From Octopus sinensis (lineage: Eukaryota): DNA of 64,000 nt. The position numbers and the translations under genes were made by a program. Shown here in pieces: positions 1-11,770 of the stretch. The stretch is taken from positions 69,440,001 to 69,504,000 of the forward strand of contig NC_043003.1 in the NCBI RefSeq assembly GCF_006345805.1. The letters are read 5' to 3'. Within the stretch, counting starts at the first letter, position 1. Each line of letters begins with the position of its first letter. The notes under the pieces were generated by a model. It made no database searches and had not been told where the DNA came from. It saw only the letters and a program-made list of their open reading frames with translations.

Positions 1-845
1 TGAAAGCAAAAATGATATTTAGGTATTCCACCATGCCCTCCCTGAAGGGCAGTGGTGGCCAATTCCTCTGATATGAAAATATTTACCCAGTGTTGCAGGC
101 CTTTCTTTAAACATCAGGGTTAAATAAATAAGCTGTCAATCAAGACTGAATCTTAAGTATGATAGGAAATAGGATCTGTCACCTCTGTTTTTGTGTCATG
201 GCAGATGGCAACTACAATGAGCCAACTTCAACAGCCTCTCCATGGTCACAGAACCTGCTAGACCTAGCAGCTGAATCTTTCTCAAATCATCCCTTACTAT
301 GAGTCAGGTTTGGAGCCTCAACATAGTTTGATCAACCTACTAGAAATAGCAGCCAAACATGCTATAAATTGCATTCTGCCATTGAAAATAAGAAAAGGAC
401 ACATTAGATAATGTAAACTCGGATGTACCTAAAAAGCCAAAATGGACACAAGTGGAATGCCTTTGATCATTAATATGCTCAATGTGGGCTTACTTGGGGT
501 TAAACAACTACAAACAGTAGATATTTCATTATTTCCAAGAGTATTTAGTCAAAGCAATCATCCTGGATTTGTTAGATTTTTATAGACAGAAGAAAATCCA
601 AGATTTTAAATAATTGCCAGTGCTCTAGCAGAAGAGACACTTCAAAAACTTGTAAATAAATTTTAAAAATTAAAACCAAATTTTTGATGGTTCACTTCTT
701 TTGGTTTTTTTTTTTTGGTTTTTTTTTTTTTTGCATTCACAATTTAAAGGTAAATCAGACAAAGAGATATAATTTATTCTCTCTCGAATCTGAATTAAAA
801 TATTTCTCAGTTTAAAATTCTAAAACTAAATAGAAAAACTATTAC

Positions 846-855
846 CTCAAAATCT
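846..855 (-). CDS. Candidate 10-nt microexon AGATTTTGAG
   Basis: Acceptor tgtttcttgttcag and donor GAG|gtaata flank 10 nt; open after either upstream candidate. Confidence 0.4.
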
Positions 856-884
856 CTGAACAAGAAACATACAGCAAACGTACT

Positions 885-1033
885 TTAGAGTAAAGTGGCA
901 GTCCTGATTAGGACAAATGTTACTGCTACTTAGCCCCAGGAAAACATCTTGGGGATGCTTTCCTGGGGCTAAATAGTAATATTCATCCTAATCAGGACTG
1001 CCACTTTACTTTGGCAAATAAACTTTACTCTAA
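885..1033. mobile_element. Fold-back hairpin MITE (about 60-bp arms 889-1010, short loop)
   Basis: agtaaagtggcagtcctgattagga...ccccaggaaaacatc pairs with gatgctttcctggggct...tcctaatcaggactgccactttact; outer ttagagtaaagt / actttactctaa. Confidence 0.7.
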
Positions 1034-1113
1034 TTGTAAAAATATTTCCATTCAATACATGCTAGATTGATTAATGGGGGGGGGTTAATTTATTTAAGAT
1101 ATTCACATTTCAA

Positions 1114-1326
1114 CCCTTTTGCATTCGTACTATTCTGTCAAATACAATACTTAATTATTCTCCCTGTTTTGAATTAATCATGCATTATGTTGTAACTTCA
1201 AGACCTCAATGATGTGATTGTGTATTTTTAGAATGACATTGTAAGGTAAGTGTGAGAGGCTGGATCTGGCAGGTGTAAACATAAATAAAGGTCAAATATG
1301 ATATGGCCGGTTTAAATGCTAAAAGG
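1114..1326. mobile_element. TTAA-type MITE, family 2 (inverted copy at about 38040-38243)
   Basis: CCCTTTTGCATT...AATGCTAAAAGG termini; reverse-complement homologue ends in gggttaa at about 38247. Confidence 0.6.
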
Positions 1327-1689
1327 TCAAACCAAAACTTCATTCATACTGCTTTTCGTTTGAATTTTCCTTCTAGAATTTTCCTTACTAAAAACATCAT
1401 TGATAGCCTATGCTCCATAGGGAGCAAAGAGCTAAAGTTAAAAATGATATAGTAGGCAGAAAATTTAGTTACTATTTGTAACAGATAAAACAGCAATACA
1501 GGAACTCATTGGCTTGTTAATAATAATATTTTGTAAACAAGTGGAGGAGGTAATAAAATCAATAACGAATTAAAAATAGCAGTCTTGATCAATATTCTTT
1601 ATCAATTTGTTTAGTTTTCTGATAGGAATTATCACAATAATTAAACTTTTCCAAGCTATTAACTCCATCATTTTTGTTTCCACTCTCAC

Positions 1690-1714
1690 AATGAAAGGAG
1701 AGATCGGATGCCTC
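1690..1714 (-). CDS. Candidate 25-nt microexon (G-GIRSLLS-L)
   Basis: Long pyrimidine tract ending ttccatctattag, donor TT|gtgaga; open in phase 1 after the 70-nt exon. Confidence 0.35.
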
Positions 1715-2374
1715 CTAATAGATGGAATAAAAGAATATCATTAAGCGCTAATGAAAGCGGAAATATCAAGATGAAGAATGATTGAACGCATAAGGGGAGA
1801 GCATCTAAAATTACCATTATAGATAAAAACTGCAGTGGAAATTTGAAAAATTTTAAGAAGCAGCGATGCATTTAGCAAATCAATTCAGCATGGTTGCCAT
1901 AATTGAAAAATTAAACTCAAATATTCTAAAACATAAATATTAACTGTATGTACACTTTTTGGATTAAAATGTTAATAATTTTACTTCAAAATTATACGGT
2001 TCTAATTTCAAATAAAAGCTTGAACATTGCAGATATAAGAGGTTTTAAATGGGAGCTATATATACAAAATTGGTAAAACTAAAAATTGTTGAGGATAAAT
2101 TCAATTTATTATTGTTACTGAATATGTTAGTGTTATTTAATTTCTGAACGGTTTTGCTGCCATTTGTTTATGTAGTTTGATTTCTTTATCTATCAGTTTC
2201 TACTAAGATAGAGACGCAAGTAAAATTAATAATAGAGAAAGGAAAATAAAACTCTGGAAACAGCAATGCCACCATAACTTACATGGAAACCATGTGCATG
2301 CTTTCAAGGGAGATAATCAGAGAAAGACTTGAAAGTCAACATAAGATAGTAATACTTCATGTAAAGTAAATATA

Positions 2375-2562
2375 ACAAATAATCCAGAATCTTTGTTCGG
2401 TACCGGGTTGATCCCAAAATCTAATCAGTTTGTGCCAGTCATGAGGCCAAACATCCCTGAAAGTTTCAACCAAATCCATTCAGTGGTTCTCAAGATATCC
2501 TGTACACAGACAAGCAAACATAATTGAAAACAATTCCTCCGCCTTTGCTAAGGCAGAGATAA
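2375..2562 (-). mobile_element. Helentron-associated (HINE-like) element end
   Basis: Minus strand TTATCTCTGCCTT-AGCA-AAGGCGGAG stem-loop followed by a GTCT-like tract, the layout of HINE/DINE-1 type elements. Confidence 0.45.
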
Positions 2563-2589
2563 GGATAATGATGATGATAAATATCCTGA

Positions 2590-3150
2590 GGCAGTACCAG
2601 GCAGTGGCTCTCATGGCTTCTGATCTTAACTGATTGGAAGTGTTATGTACATTGTTTTGTCTTCGTATAAAAGATGGGCTACAGCAAATATTCTGCTCAA
2701 TACCACAGATTTGCTTGTCAGTTGTTTGACCGTAACCAGTTGACCATGACCTTTAGTGGCTGATGATATATGCATCTCTGATCACAAGCAGAAGTAGTGG
2801 GAGAGCATCTTACCCATGTGTTGAGAGGAAGTCTTTGGGATTTGGATAATTCACCTCTGGAAACATGGGTGTTCCATTCAGCATCCTTAAACAACCCTTA
2901 TTCAGAGACCTTTTGAGCAGAATGGGCTACTCGACCTTAAGAAAATTCTAACTTGGCCCCACCTACAAGGTCATGCACTATTTATCTCGATAGATCACTG
3001 TGTTGTGCACATATGGTTGTGATGCATGTGTCTGGTGTACCCTTATCAAATGGGTAGTCATGATGGATATATTGGGCTTCATATATTTTACTCCAGTGTC
3101 ACTTTATGGCATACACTGCTCTCTCACTCAATAATAATAATAATAATAAT
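2590..3150 (+). mobile_element. Unclassified retroelement 3' portion with (ATA)n tail
   Basis: About 560 bp of more balanced composition ending abruptly in (ATA)n; no ORF. Confidence 0.4.
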
Positions 3151-3296
3151 AATCCTTTCCACTAATGGCACAAGACCTGAAATTTGGGGGAAGGGGAACA
3201 GTTGATCCAGTGTTTCACTGGTACTTAATTTATTGACCCTGAAAGAATGAAACGAAGTCAACCTCGGTGGAATTTGAACTCAGAACATAGCGACAA

Positions 3297-3482
3297 TGCA
3301 GAAAACAGCCTTGTTAGGAACAGCAAGGATTCTAAGGTGGGTGTTAGAAAGTTGAAGGAGAAGGCATGACCCGAAGGACCTTTAGCCATTAGATATGGCT
3401 CACTCTTGATATAGTATCAGGATAACATGTTGCAGAGCAAAAGTCTCATTGAAAATATAATAATAATGATGAGGATGATGAT
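3297..3482 (+). mobile_element. R4/NeSL-like (restriction-like endonuclease) LINE 3' end
   Basis: MQKTALLGTARILRWVLES* C-terminus and a (TAA/TGA)n tail; truncates a SINE. Confidence 0.65.
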
Positions 3483-3493
3483 GTTTTACTTAC

Positions 3494-3563
3494 CTTTTTT
3501 CTCCAGTTGCATGTTAGACGAAGAGATACTTTCAACATCGGCTGCATTGTACATGGTTGGAGC
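3494..3563 (-). CDS. PLEKHA5/6/7: Exon APTMYNAADVESISSSNMQLEKK-x, phase 0/1
   Basis: Acceptor ataatttcttgtag, donor G|gtaagt; 70 nt; in frame with the giant exon. Confidence 0.8.
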
Positions 3564-3688
3564 CTACAAGAAATTATCAACAGAAAATTACAAGTAGTAT
3601 ATCCAGAGATGGTTGCTGTAAGTTTTCTAAAGGACTGTCTGTTGGCTAGTTGGTTGGTTGGCTGGATGGTTGGCTATCGAAATCTTAC

Positions 3689-3775
3689 CACAACAAATAA
3701 TCTTGTCGCAAAATAAGCTGTCAACTTTGAACAAAATACAAGCAAGAGTAAAAATAACAACGAAGCAGAGAGAGC
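3689..3775 (-). CDS. Candidate cassette exon, 29 hydrophobic residues (ALSASLLFLLLLVFCSKLTAYFATRLFVV), phase 0/0
   Basis: About 80-nt pyrimidine tract, then cag/tag tandem acceptor; donor GTG|gtaaga; 87 nt, symmetric and in frame. Confidence 0.45.
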
Positions 3776-6700
3776 CTACTGCAACAACAGCAGAAGACAT
3801 TCGGACAGAACAGAAGGTGGTGAAGCAAGATAAAGAAGAAAGGAAAAAAAGAGAAGAGAAAGTTAATTAACACTTATGACCAGAAAGTGCAATAAAAGAA
3901 GTTGGAGAAGGTTACTAAAGCAACAACTTTCACAAACATCCAGCCAATATCTACTCATGCTATTACATTAAAAAAAAAGGAAAAAAAAAAAATATATATA
4001 TATAGGTGCAAGAGTGGCTGTGTGGTAAGTAGCTTGCTTACAAATGGTTCTGGGTTCAGTCCCACTGTGTGGCATCTTGTGCAAGTATCTTCTACTATAG
4101 CCACGGGCCAACCAAAGCATTGTGAGTATATTTGGTAGATTGAAACTGAAAGAAGCCTACTGTGTGTGTATATAATATGTTGTGGCTGTGTGGTAAGTAG
4201 CTTGCTTACCAACCACATGGTTCCGGGTTCAGTCCCACTGCATGGCACCTTGGGCAAGTATCTTCTACTATAGCCTCGGGCTGACCAAAGCATTATGAGT
4301 AGATTTGGTAGACAGAAACTGAAAGAAGCCCGTTGTATATATGTGTGCGTGTGTGTTTGTATGTCTGTGTTTGTTCCCCCCAGCATCACTTGACATCTGA
4401 TGCTTGTATGTTTACATCCTCGTAACTCAGCGGTCCAGCAAAAAGAGACCAATAGAATAAGTACTAGGTTTGAAAAGAATAAGTCCTGGGGGTCAAGTTG
4501 CTCGACTAAAAGGTGGTGCTCCAGCATGGCCACAGTCAAATGACTGAAACAAAGGAAAGAGTAAAAGAAAAAAAAAGCCTAGACTTAAGAAACTTAAAAC
4601 TAACAAAAATAGAACTTTGCATTCATCATCATCATTTAATGACCACTTTTCCTGGCTTGCATGGGTCTGACAGAATTTGGTGAGGTAGAGTTTCTACAGC
4701 TGGATGCCCTACCTGTTGCTAACCTGTTTCCAGGTAAGGTAATATTTCTCCCATAGCCGAACATGTTTTTCACAGAGGACAGAAAATAAAGAACATGCTT
4801 GTTTGCAACTATCTTGTGATGTCAAAACAAGGGTACACATACACACACCCACAACAGGCTTCTTTCAGTTTCCACTAACCAAATCCACTCGCAAGGCTCC
4901 AGTCAACCCAGAGCTACAGCAGAAGGTATTCACAGCCAAATAACATTTGAACAAAATATTTGTTAAAACAGGGGCAAAAAATGGAAAGTGGAACAACAAA
5001 ATTGATTAAAAAATAAGTAGAGAACATTCTAAGCGATTTGGATTGAAGCTCACGGTTGTCAGAAATATCTATTAATGCCATTGTGCAGAGATTTTGGCTA
5101 TAAATCAAAATTTCAAAAAAAAGTCTTAGGCCTAATGGGATTTAAATGCTTTTAAAATCACAAGCTTTCTCTACTTTTTTATCTTATTTTTATATATATA
5201 TACTTTCAATTTCTGCCAACAGTTCAAAAGTTAAAACAGTTTACAATTTTAGCAATATACATTCATCATCGTTTTAATGTCCACTTTTACATGCTTGCAC
5301 GGATCAGACAAGAATTTGCTGAGATAGATTCTCTATGGCTGGGTGCCCTTACTGTCACCAACTTTCATCTGTTTCCAAGTGAGGTAATATTTTACTCATG
5401 ATTGGACATGTTTTCATGGAAGATTGAAAACAAAGGATACACCTTGCATGACAGTGACACTAATCTGAACTGTCCTGTGATGTTAAGGCATCACACGACA
5501 GGCATGTTTCAGTTTCCACCTACCAAATCCATTCACAAGGCTTTGGTGAACCTGTAGCTCAAGTAGAATACACTAGCCCAAGGTGCTACACAGTGGGACT
5601 GAACCTGGAAGCATGAGGTTGAGAAGCAAATTTCTTACCACACAGCCACACCTGTGCCATTATATGGGGAGAATTTTCTTTAGTCTTACAAAGATAAAAG
5701 CTAACCTGACTATTGCTGATGCCCTGATAAAATGTATCTTGTAAAGTGATTGGCAAATGAGTGGAGACAAGATGGAGTCAAGGGGACTTGACAACCTCCC
5801 TAATGTTGGTGCTGTGATAAAATGTATCAAGCACATCATAGGAAGGAACTTCAGTGATGAAAACCAAGATGAAAATGACAGATAAGCAACAGATGGTCTT
5901 CCAACTCATCTGAGAAGAGAATAATTCCAAATAGAATGAGACATTGCAACATAGAAAGCAAGCGTAAAATTATTTATATGTATATATCTTTTAGCTTTTA
6001 CATGTTTCAGTCATTAGATTGCAGCCATGCTGGGGCACCACCTTGAAGAATTTATAGTCAAATGTATCAACTCCAGTGCTTTTTGATTTTAAGCCTGGTG
6101 CTTATTCTATCGATCTCTGTCGAACTGCTAAGTTACAGGGGACATAAACACACCAATACCAGTTGTCAAGCAGTGGAGACATGGACACACGACACACACA
6201 CACACACACACACATATATGCAATGAGCTTCTTTCAGTTGCCATCTACCAAATCTGCTCACAAGGCTTTGGTCATCTTGAAGCTCTAGTAGAAAACACTT
6301 GCCCAAGGTGCCAGGAAGTGGGACTGAACCCAGAACCATGTGGTTGGGAAGCAAGCTGCTTACCACACAGCCATGTCTGTGCCTATATATATATTCTTTT
6401 ACTTGTTTCAGTCATTTGACTGTGGCTATGCTGGAGCACGGCCTTTAGTCAAGCAAATCGCCAACAGGACTTATTCTTTGCAAGCCTAGTACTTATTCTA
6501 TCAGTCGCTTTTGCCACACCGCTAAGTTACAGGGACATAAACACACCAGCATTGGTGTTGGGGGGACAAACAGAACACACACATACATATATTTATATAA
6601 ATATATACGACAGGCTTCTTTCAGTTTCCGTCTACCAAATCCACACACAAGGCTTTGGTCAGTTCGAGGATCTAGTAGAAGACACTTGCCCAAGGTGCCA

Positions 6701-6834
6701 CTCAGTGGGACTGAACCCGGAACAGTGTGATTGGTAAGCAAGCTATTTACCACACAACCACTCCTAAAGCTTAAAGTCAATCACAGAGTATTGACTAAAT
6801 AAAATAGTCAAGCATTGGTACATATAAGCCCTCA

Positions 6835-7045
6835 CACACACCCATACACATACATACGTGTGTGTTGGTGTGTATGTGGGTAGGTGTGCATGTGTGTGGG
6901 TATGCGTATGTATGTGTGTGCGTGTATGCGTGTGCGTGCATGCGTGGGTGCACGTGGGCGTGTATCTGTGTAAGTGTGTATGCATGTGGGTGTGTGGGTG
7001 TCTGGGTGTGTATGTATGAGTGTGTGGGTGCGTGTGTGTGTGGGT
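6835..7045. repeat. Degenerate compound (TG)n/(CA)n tract
   Basis: TG-rich low-complexity sequence; explains several His/Thr and Val/Cys pseudo-ORFs. Confidence 0.95.
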
Positions 7046-7889
7046 ATTAAATAAACTAAAAGCAACAATAGTAATGTAAATATCATCAATCACACACACA
7101 ATTTATGGGTGTGTTTGATCGTATTTGCTGCAGGATAATGCTTACAGAAAACTCCCTAATAACACGACTTGTCTCACCTGGTCTATAGCTTTCAGGTATA
7201 TGATGTTGATAACCCACAATATTCTTTTCTACTATAGGCACAAGGCCCGACATTTTTGGGGAGGGGCCCAGTTGATTAGATTAACCCCAGTACGAAACTG
7301 GTACTTAATTTAAACCCTGAATGGATGAAAGTCAATGTCGACATTGGCAGAATCTGAACTTAGAACATAAAGACAGACAAAATACTGCTAAGCATTTTGC
7401 CCAGTGTGCTAATACTTCTACCAGCTCGCAGCTTTTTTCCAACAACTATACTCTTCTGTACTTTAGGCACTAGGTTCAAAATTTTGGGTGGAGGGGACCC
7501 CAGTTCAAAACTGCCTTTCATCCTTTCGGGGTTGATGAATTAAGTACCAAAGTCGACCGTGGCAGAATTTGAACTCAGAATGTAAAGACAGGCAAAATAC
7601 CGCTAAGCATTATGCCTGGCATGCTAATGTTTCTTTCAGCTCACCACCTTAATAAACCACAATAATGGTGAAATACTAGTATCCACCACTCTTGGTTTGA
7701 TCCAAGGCGACTTGTCATGCCTGGTCTATAACTTTCAAATTTTGGCACAAGGCCAGCAATCTCGGCAATTACCTCGCCCCAAGTGCTCAACTGGTACTTA
7801 AAGGATGTAAGGTAAAGTCAACCCAGACAGATGAAAGGATGATTGACAAACAAGCAAGTAAGCCACAAGTACTGATGAACAATACTCAC

Positions 7890-9585
7890 TTGAAATCCAT
7901 TGAGGTTCACATGTGAAGGGGAATATTTTCCATAATCATAGTCATCAAAATTTCCAGAAGAGCTTCTTGGTAATATCTCATCCAATTCTGAACGAGAACT
8001 TGAATAAGCAAAGGACTGTCTGCCATTTAAGTTGGCATATTCTGAAACAGGTGGTTTAGTTACACCAAATTCTGAATCATTAGAATGGTCTAGAGTTTTC
8101 ACTGAAAGTTCCTGAAAAGAGCGTGTTGGGAAAGAAGTGTCATGTGATGTGCCCTTATAATCATAGAGAATTTTATCTGCATCATTGTCGGGAATATCTT
8201 GGTCTAAAAGGTTTGCCGGGTCAGTGGAAGACGGTCTCTTATAATAATCAGAGGGAATCTGTTTCCATTTGTCCCCATCAGAAGTGACAGGTCCTTCATT
8301 AGACAATTTTTCAAACTGGTCATCATCATCATCATCATCAGAGTATTGAGAAAATGTTTGCGAAATGTTTTGATAATTTGGAGAATAATTTTTAGGAAAA
8401 GTTTTAGAGAAAGATGGATGTTTCCGTAGTTCGTTCATGTGCATATTTTGTAATAACTGCAGTGATGTTTGCTTGGGCACATCTGATAGAGATCGACGAA
8501 CTGGAGCACTAATGGAGTTTGGTCGATCACTCAATAAGGCGTCAGATTTATATAAATTTTCAAGATTTCCAGTTGACCTTCGCTGAATTGCTGCATATTC
8601 AGGATTTGGACTCTGGTTCGATGTCTTGTAAGCCAAGTCACTTTCAATGCTTAATTTTGACAAATCCGTTTGAGCACCATACATGTCTTTAGAATAAGGA
8701 GCAACAGGATTGGTTGGCAGCATTGCACTGTGATTTTGACTCAAATTGCTCTGTGGTGAGTCTACAACATCTGTAAAATACAAATCTGCATCTTTATTAT
8801 TTGAATAAGAGAAACTGTTATGGGATTCTGCAAGTGGAGAATAAGAATCTTGGTTTGATTGTTGTTGTATTACAGCATAATTAATTTCTTTGGGGTAAGT
8901 GTCTGTTGATAGTTGGGAATGTGTGGGGGAGAGTGGAGGACGTGGAAGAGATTTTGGAGAATTACTTGAACTGTTATTAATCCTGTTATCTGTTGAAGAG
9001 AAATCTATTGTTCGATAAATAGTATCTTTTATATCATTATTATTTGTTCCTTTAAATGATGTTGGAGAATGGCGAGAGTCATCCAGATAGGGACTGCCTC
9101 GTAGGTAGCCATTTTGACTAGTGTTAAAGCCTAATGACAACTGAGATTCATTGTCCCGAGGAATTTGTTCCGGTGGTCTGTTTGAATATTGGTAAGTTAA
9201 AGATGAAGATGATGCTCTCTGATAAGGAGCATCGAGCAAATAACTAGCTGGTTGAGGCTGAGGGATGCTGTCACTGTAACTTCTGTTAATTCCATAAGAA
9301 CCAGCAGAAGAATAGGAAGATCTGTTGTGAGGAAGATGTTCAGAAGTGGGGTTCTGTTCCTGATATATGTACGAAGACCTTTGACTTGATGGTACGGAGT
9401 TACTTAGAGGGAATGAATTAGATGTGGAATATCCATTATTGTTAGGATTGTGTAAGGAATGATGGCCATTGCTAAAATGTTGTACAGGGCTTTCTGCAGG
9501 GTAATACTCTGGCTGTTGCTCACTTCTTGTCACTGATCCATTATATTCAGTCGTAAAACTTGGATTTCTGAAAGATTCTTTAAGC
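7890..9585 (-). CDS. PLEKHA5/6/7: Giant 1696-nt exon encoding a Ser/Asn/Pro/Tyr-rich disordered linker (LKESFRNP...HVNLNGFQ), phase 2/0
   Basis: Core of ORF 7818..9605; acceptor ttttcattttctttag at 9586, donor CAA|gtgagt at 7889; phases match both neighbouring exons. Confidence 0.92.
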
Positions 9586-11651
9586 CTAAAGAAAATGAAA
9601 AACAAAATATATAATATAGAATTATCAAATGCTTAATAAATATTTACAAAAATACAGGGAAATATAGCTTTCATGAAGGAAAAAAAAACAATTTACAAAA
9701 AGCTCATCAAATACAGTTCAGATATTTCTTCAGGATTTTGGCACAAATCCAGCAACTTTTAGTGGGTAAGTTGATTACATCAACCCCAGTGTTCAACATG
9801 TAATTAATTCTATTGGCCCCAAAAGGATAAAAGGCAAAGTCAACTTTGGTGGAATTTGTACTCAGAAAATAAAATCAGACAAAATGTCGCTTAGCATTTT
9901 GCCCACTGTGCTAATGATTCTGCTAGCTTGGCACCCAACAATTCTAATATTAATCTTCCAACATGACTGATATTCACAAGCAAACAAAGAAATTTTTATA
10001 TGATTGTTCAAGCAGCTAAATATAGTAGCCCAAATCCCAACTCAAATCATAGACCCCAAAAACGATACAATCCTATTTGACACAGCCTATTTGACAGCCA
10101 TTTTGGTGCTGCCTATTTGGCACTGCTAATTCTATGTTGACTTATTTGGCATCAGACAGTTTACTGTTTTCCTCTCTTTTTCTGTGTTTTTGTGTGTGAG
10201 TATCTAATTATGTTTATATGTATGCGTAATACGCCCTCTCTCTGACCATCTGTAAGTATATATTAATGTGTTTGTCTGTGCTTGCCTCCAGCGCCTAAAA
10301 AAACCATCCCCCAAAACAGGTTGCAATGTCCAGTCCACCTTGTCAAATCATCAGTATCCAAACAGCCACACCCAATTGTCCCATTTCACTCCAAAAGGAG
10401 ACTATGACCATTACAAGAAAGCTTTTGACAGTAGATCTACTCATTCAAGATTAACCACAAAATAAACAATAACAAGACTCATACTATTTTCATTATTTGG
10501 GGGGGGGGGAGAGTTTCATATTAAAATTTTTAAACAAAAAAAATAAAATTACAGCGTCATTTACATATTCTGTGTTGTCATAGGTTTCTTGGAGTCAGCC
10601 ACTTCGTCATTACCATTATTTCTATCTCTTTCTAGCTCCATCCAATCACTCTTAATTATCATCATCATTTAACATGTTTTCCATGCTGTCATGGGTTGAA
10701 CAGTTTGACTGAAGTCTGGACAGTCAGCCGCTGCACCAGGCTCCAATCTGATCTGGCAGAGTTTCTACAGTTGGATGCCCTTCCTAATGCCAACCACTCC
10801 GAGAGTGTAGTAGGTGCTTTTTATGTGCCACCAGCACCAGAGCCAGTCAGGCAGTCCTGGCATCGGCCATGTTCAAATGGTGAATTCTACATGCCACCAG
10901 CATGGGAACCTGTCAGTGGATACTGGCAATGGCCATGTTTGGTGATTTTTACATGCCCCTGGCCAGTCAGGGAGTATTGGCATTGACCACATATGAAAAG
11001 TAGTTTTTTATGTGCCACCGGCATGGGAGCCAGTCAGGCAGTCCTGGCATCAATCATGTTCAGATAGTGCTTTTTACATGCCACCAGCACGGGGGTCAGT
11101 CAAGGGGTATTGGCATCAGCCACGTTTTCTAAAAGTGGTCTGTAACTCCTCTTCCACAAAAAACCTGTTCTGTTCTGGTCCCTTTTCTCATACTTTAATC
11201 CCAGTACACTGATCCCACTTCTTATTTTTATTAATCTAAGAAGGGTGAAAGATAAAACAGTCCTAAGTAGGAAATCAAACTTGTGTCATAACAAGTTTGC
11301 TTCCCAACCACAAGGTTCTGGGCTCAGTTCCACTGCGTGGTACTATGGGCAAGTGTTTTCTACTATAACCTTGGGTCAACCAAAGCTTTCTGAGCAGATT
11401 TGATAGATGGAAACTGAAAGAAGCCTGTCATGTGTGAGTGTGTGTGTGTGTCCCCATCTGTCCATTCCACCACTGACAGAATAAGTACTAGGCTTTAGAA
11501 AAAACAGAATAAGTACAGGGGTCAATTTGTGCCCCAGCACAGCCAGAGTCAAATGACTGAAACAAATAAAAGATAACTTGTATCTAATATAAAAAAAAAC
11601 TAATGTTCAAAAACCCCAAATTAGTGTGGCTAGTAGCAAAAAGGTACAAAC

Positions 11652-11770
11652 CTTGAGTTCTCTTGTGCTTCTATCATTAAAGCTGACTGATTCAAAACCC
11701 TAACCCACTGGTCCATGCTTTCCACTGATTCAGCAACAAAATATTGGGTCTTCATATTAGCATGTTCTGC
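11652..11770 (-). CDS. PLEKHA5/6/7: PH domain exon 4 (AEHANMKTQYFVAESVESMDQWVRVLNQSALMIEAQENS-R), phase 0/2
   Basis: Acceptor ttctccttgtcctag, donor AG|gtttgt; aligns with AAHPNMRTYYF and the terminal PH helix containing the conserved W. Confidence 0.95.

Noticed and set aside
1686-1871. 61-aa hydrophobic ORF as a membrane microprotein
   Set aside because: Better explained as the pyrimidine tract of the candidate 25-nt exon; T-richness alone gives hydrophobic codons.
3955-4539. 194-aa ORF and the many similar 60-110 aa ORFs (e.g. 'CHAVGLNPEP', 'GSVPLHGTLGK')
   Set aside because: Recurrent translations of SINE family A.
7818-9605. 595-aa ORF as a stand-alone gene
   Set aside because: Its ends run into intron. 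Splice sites at 9586 and 7889 and matching phases make it an internal exon.
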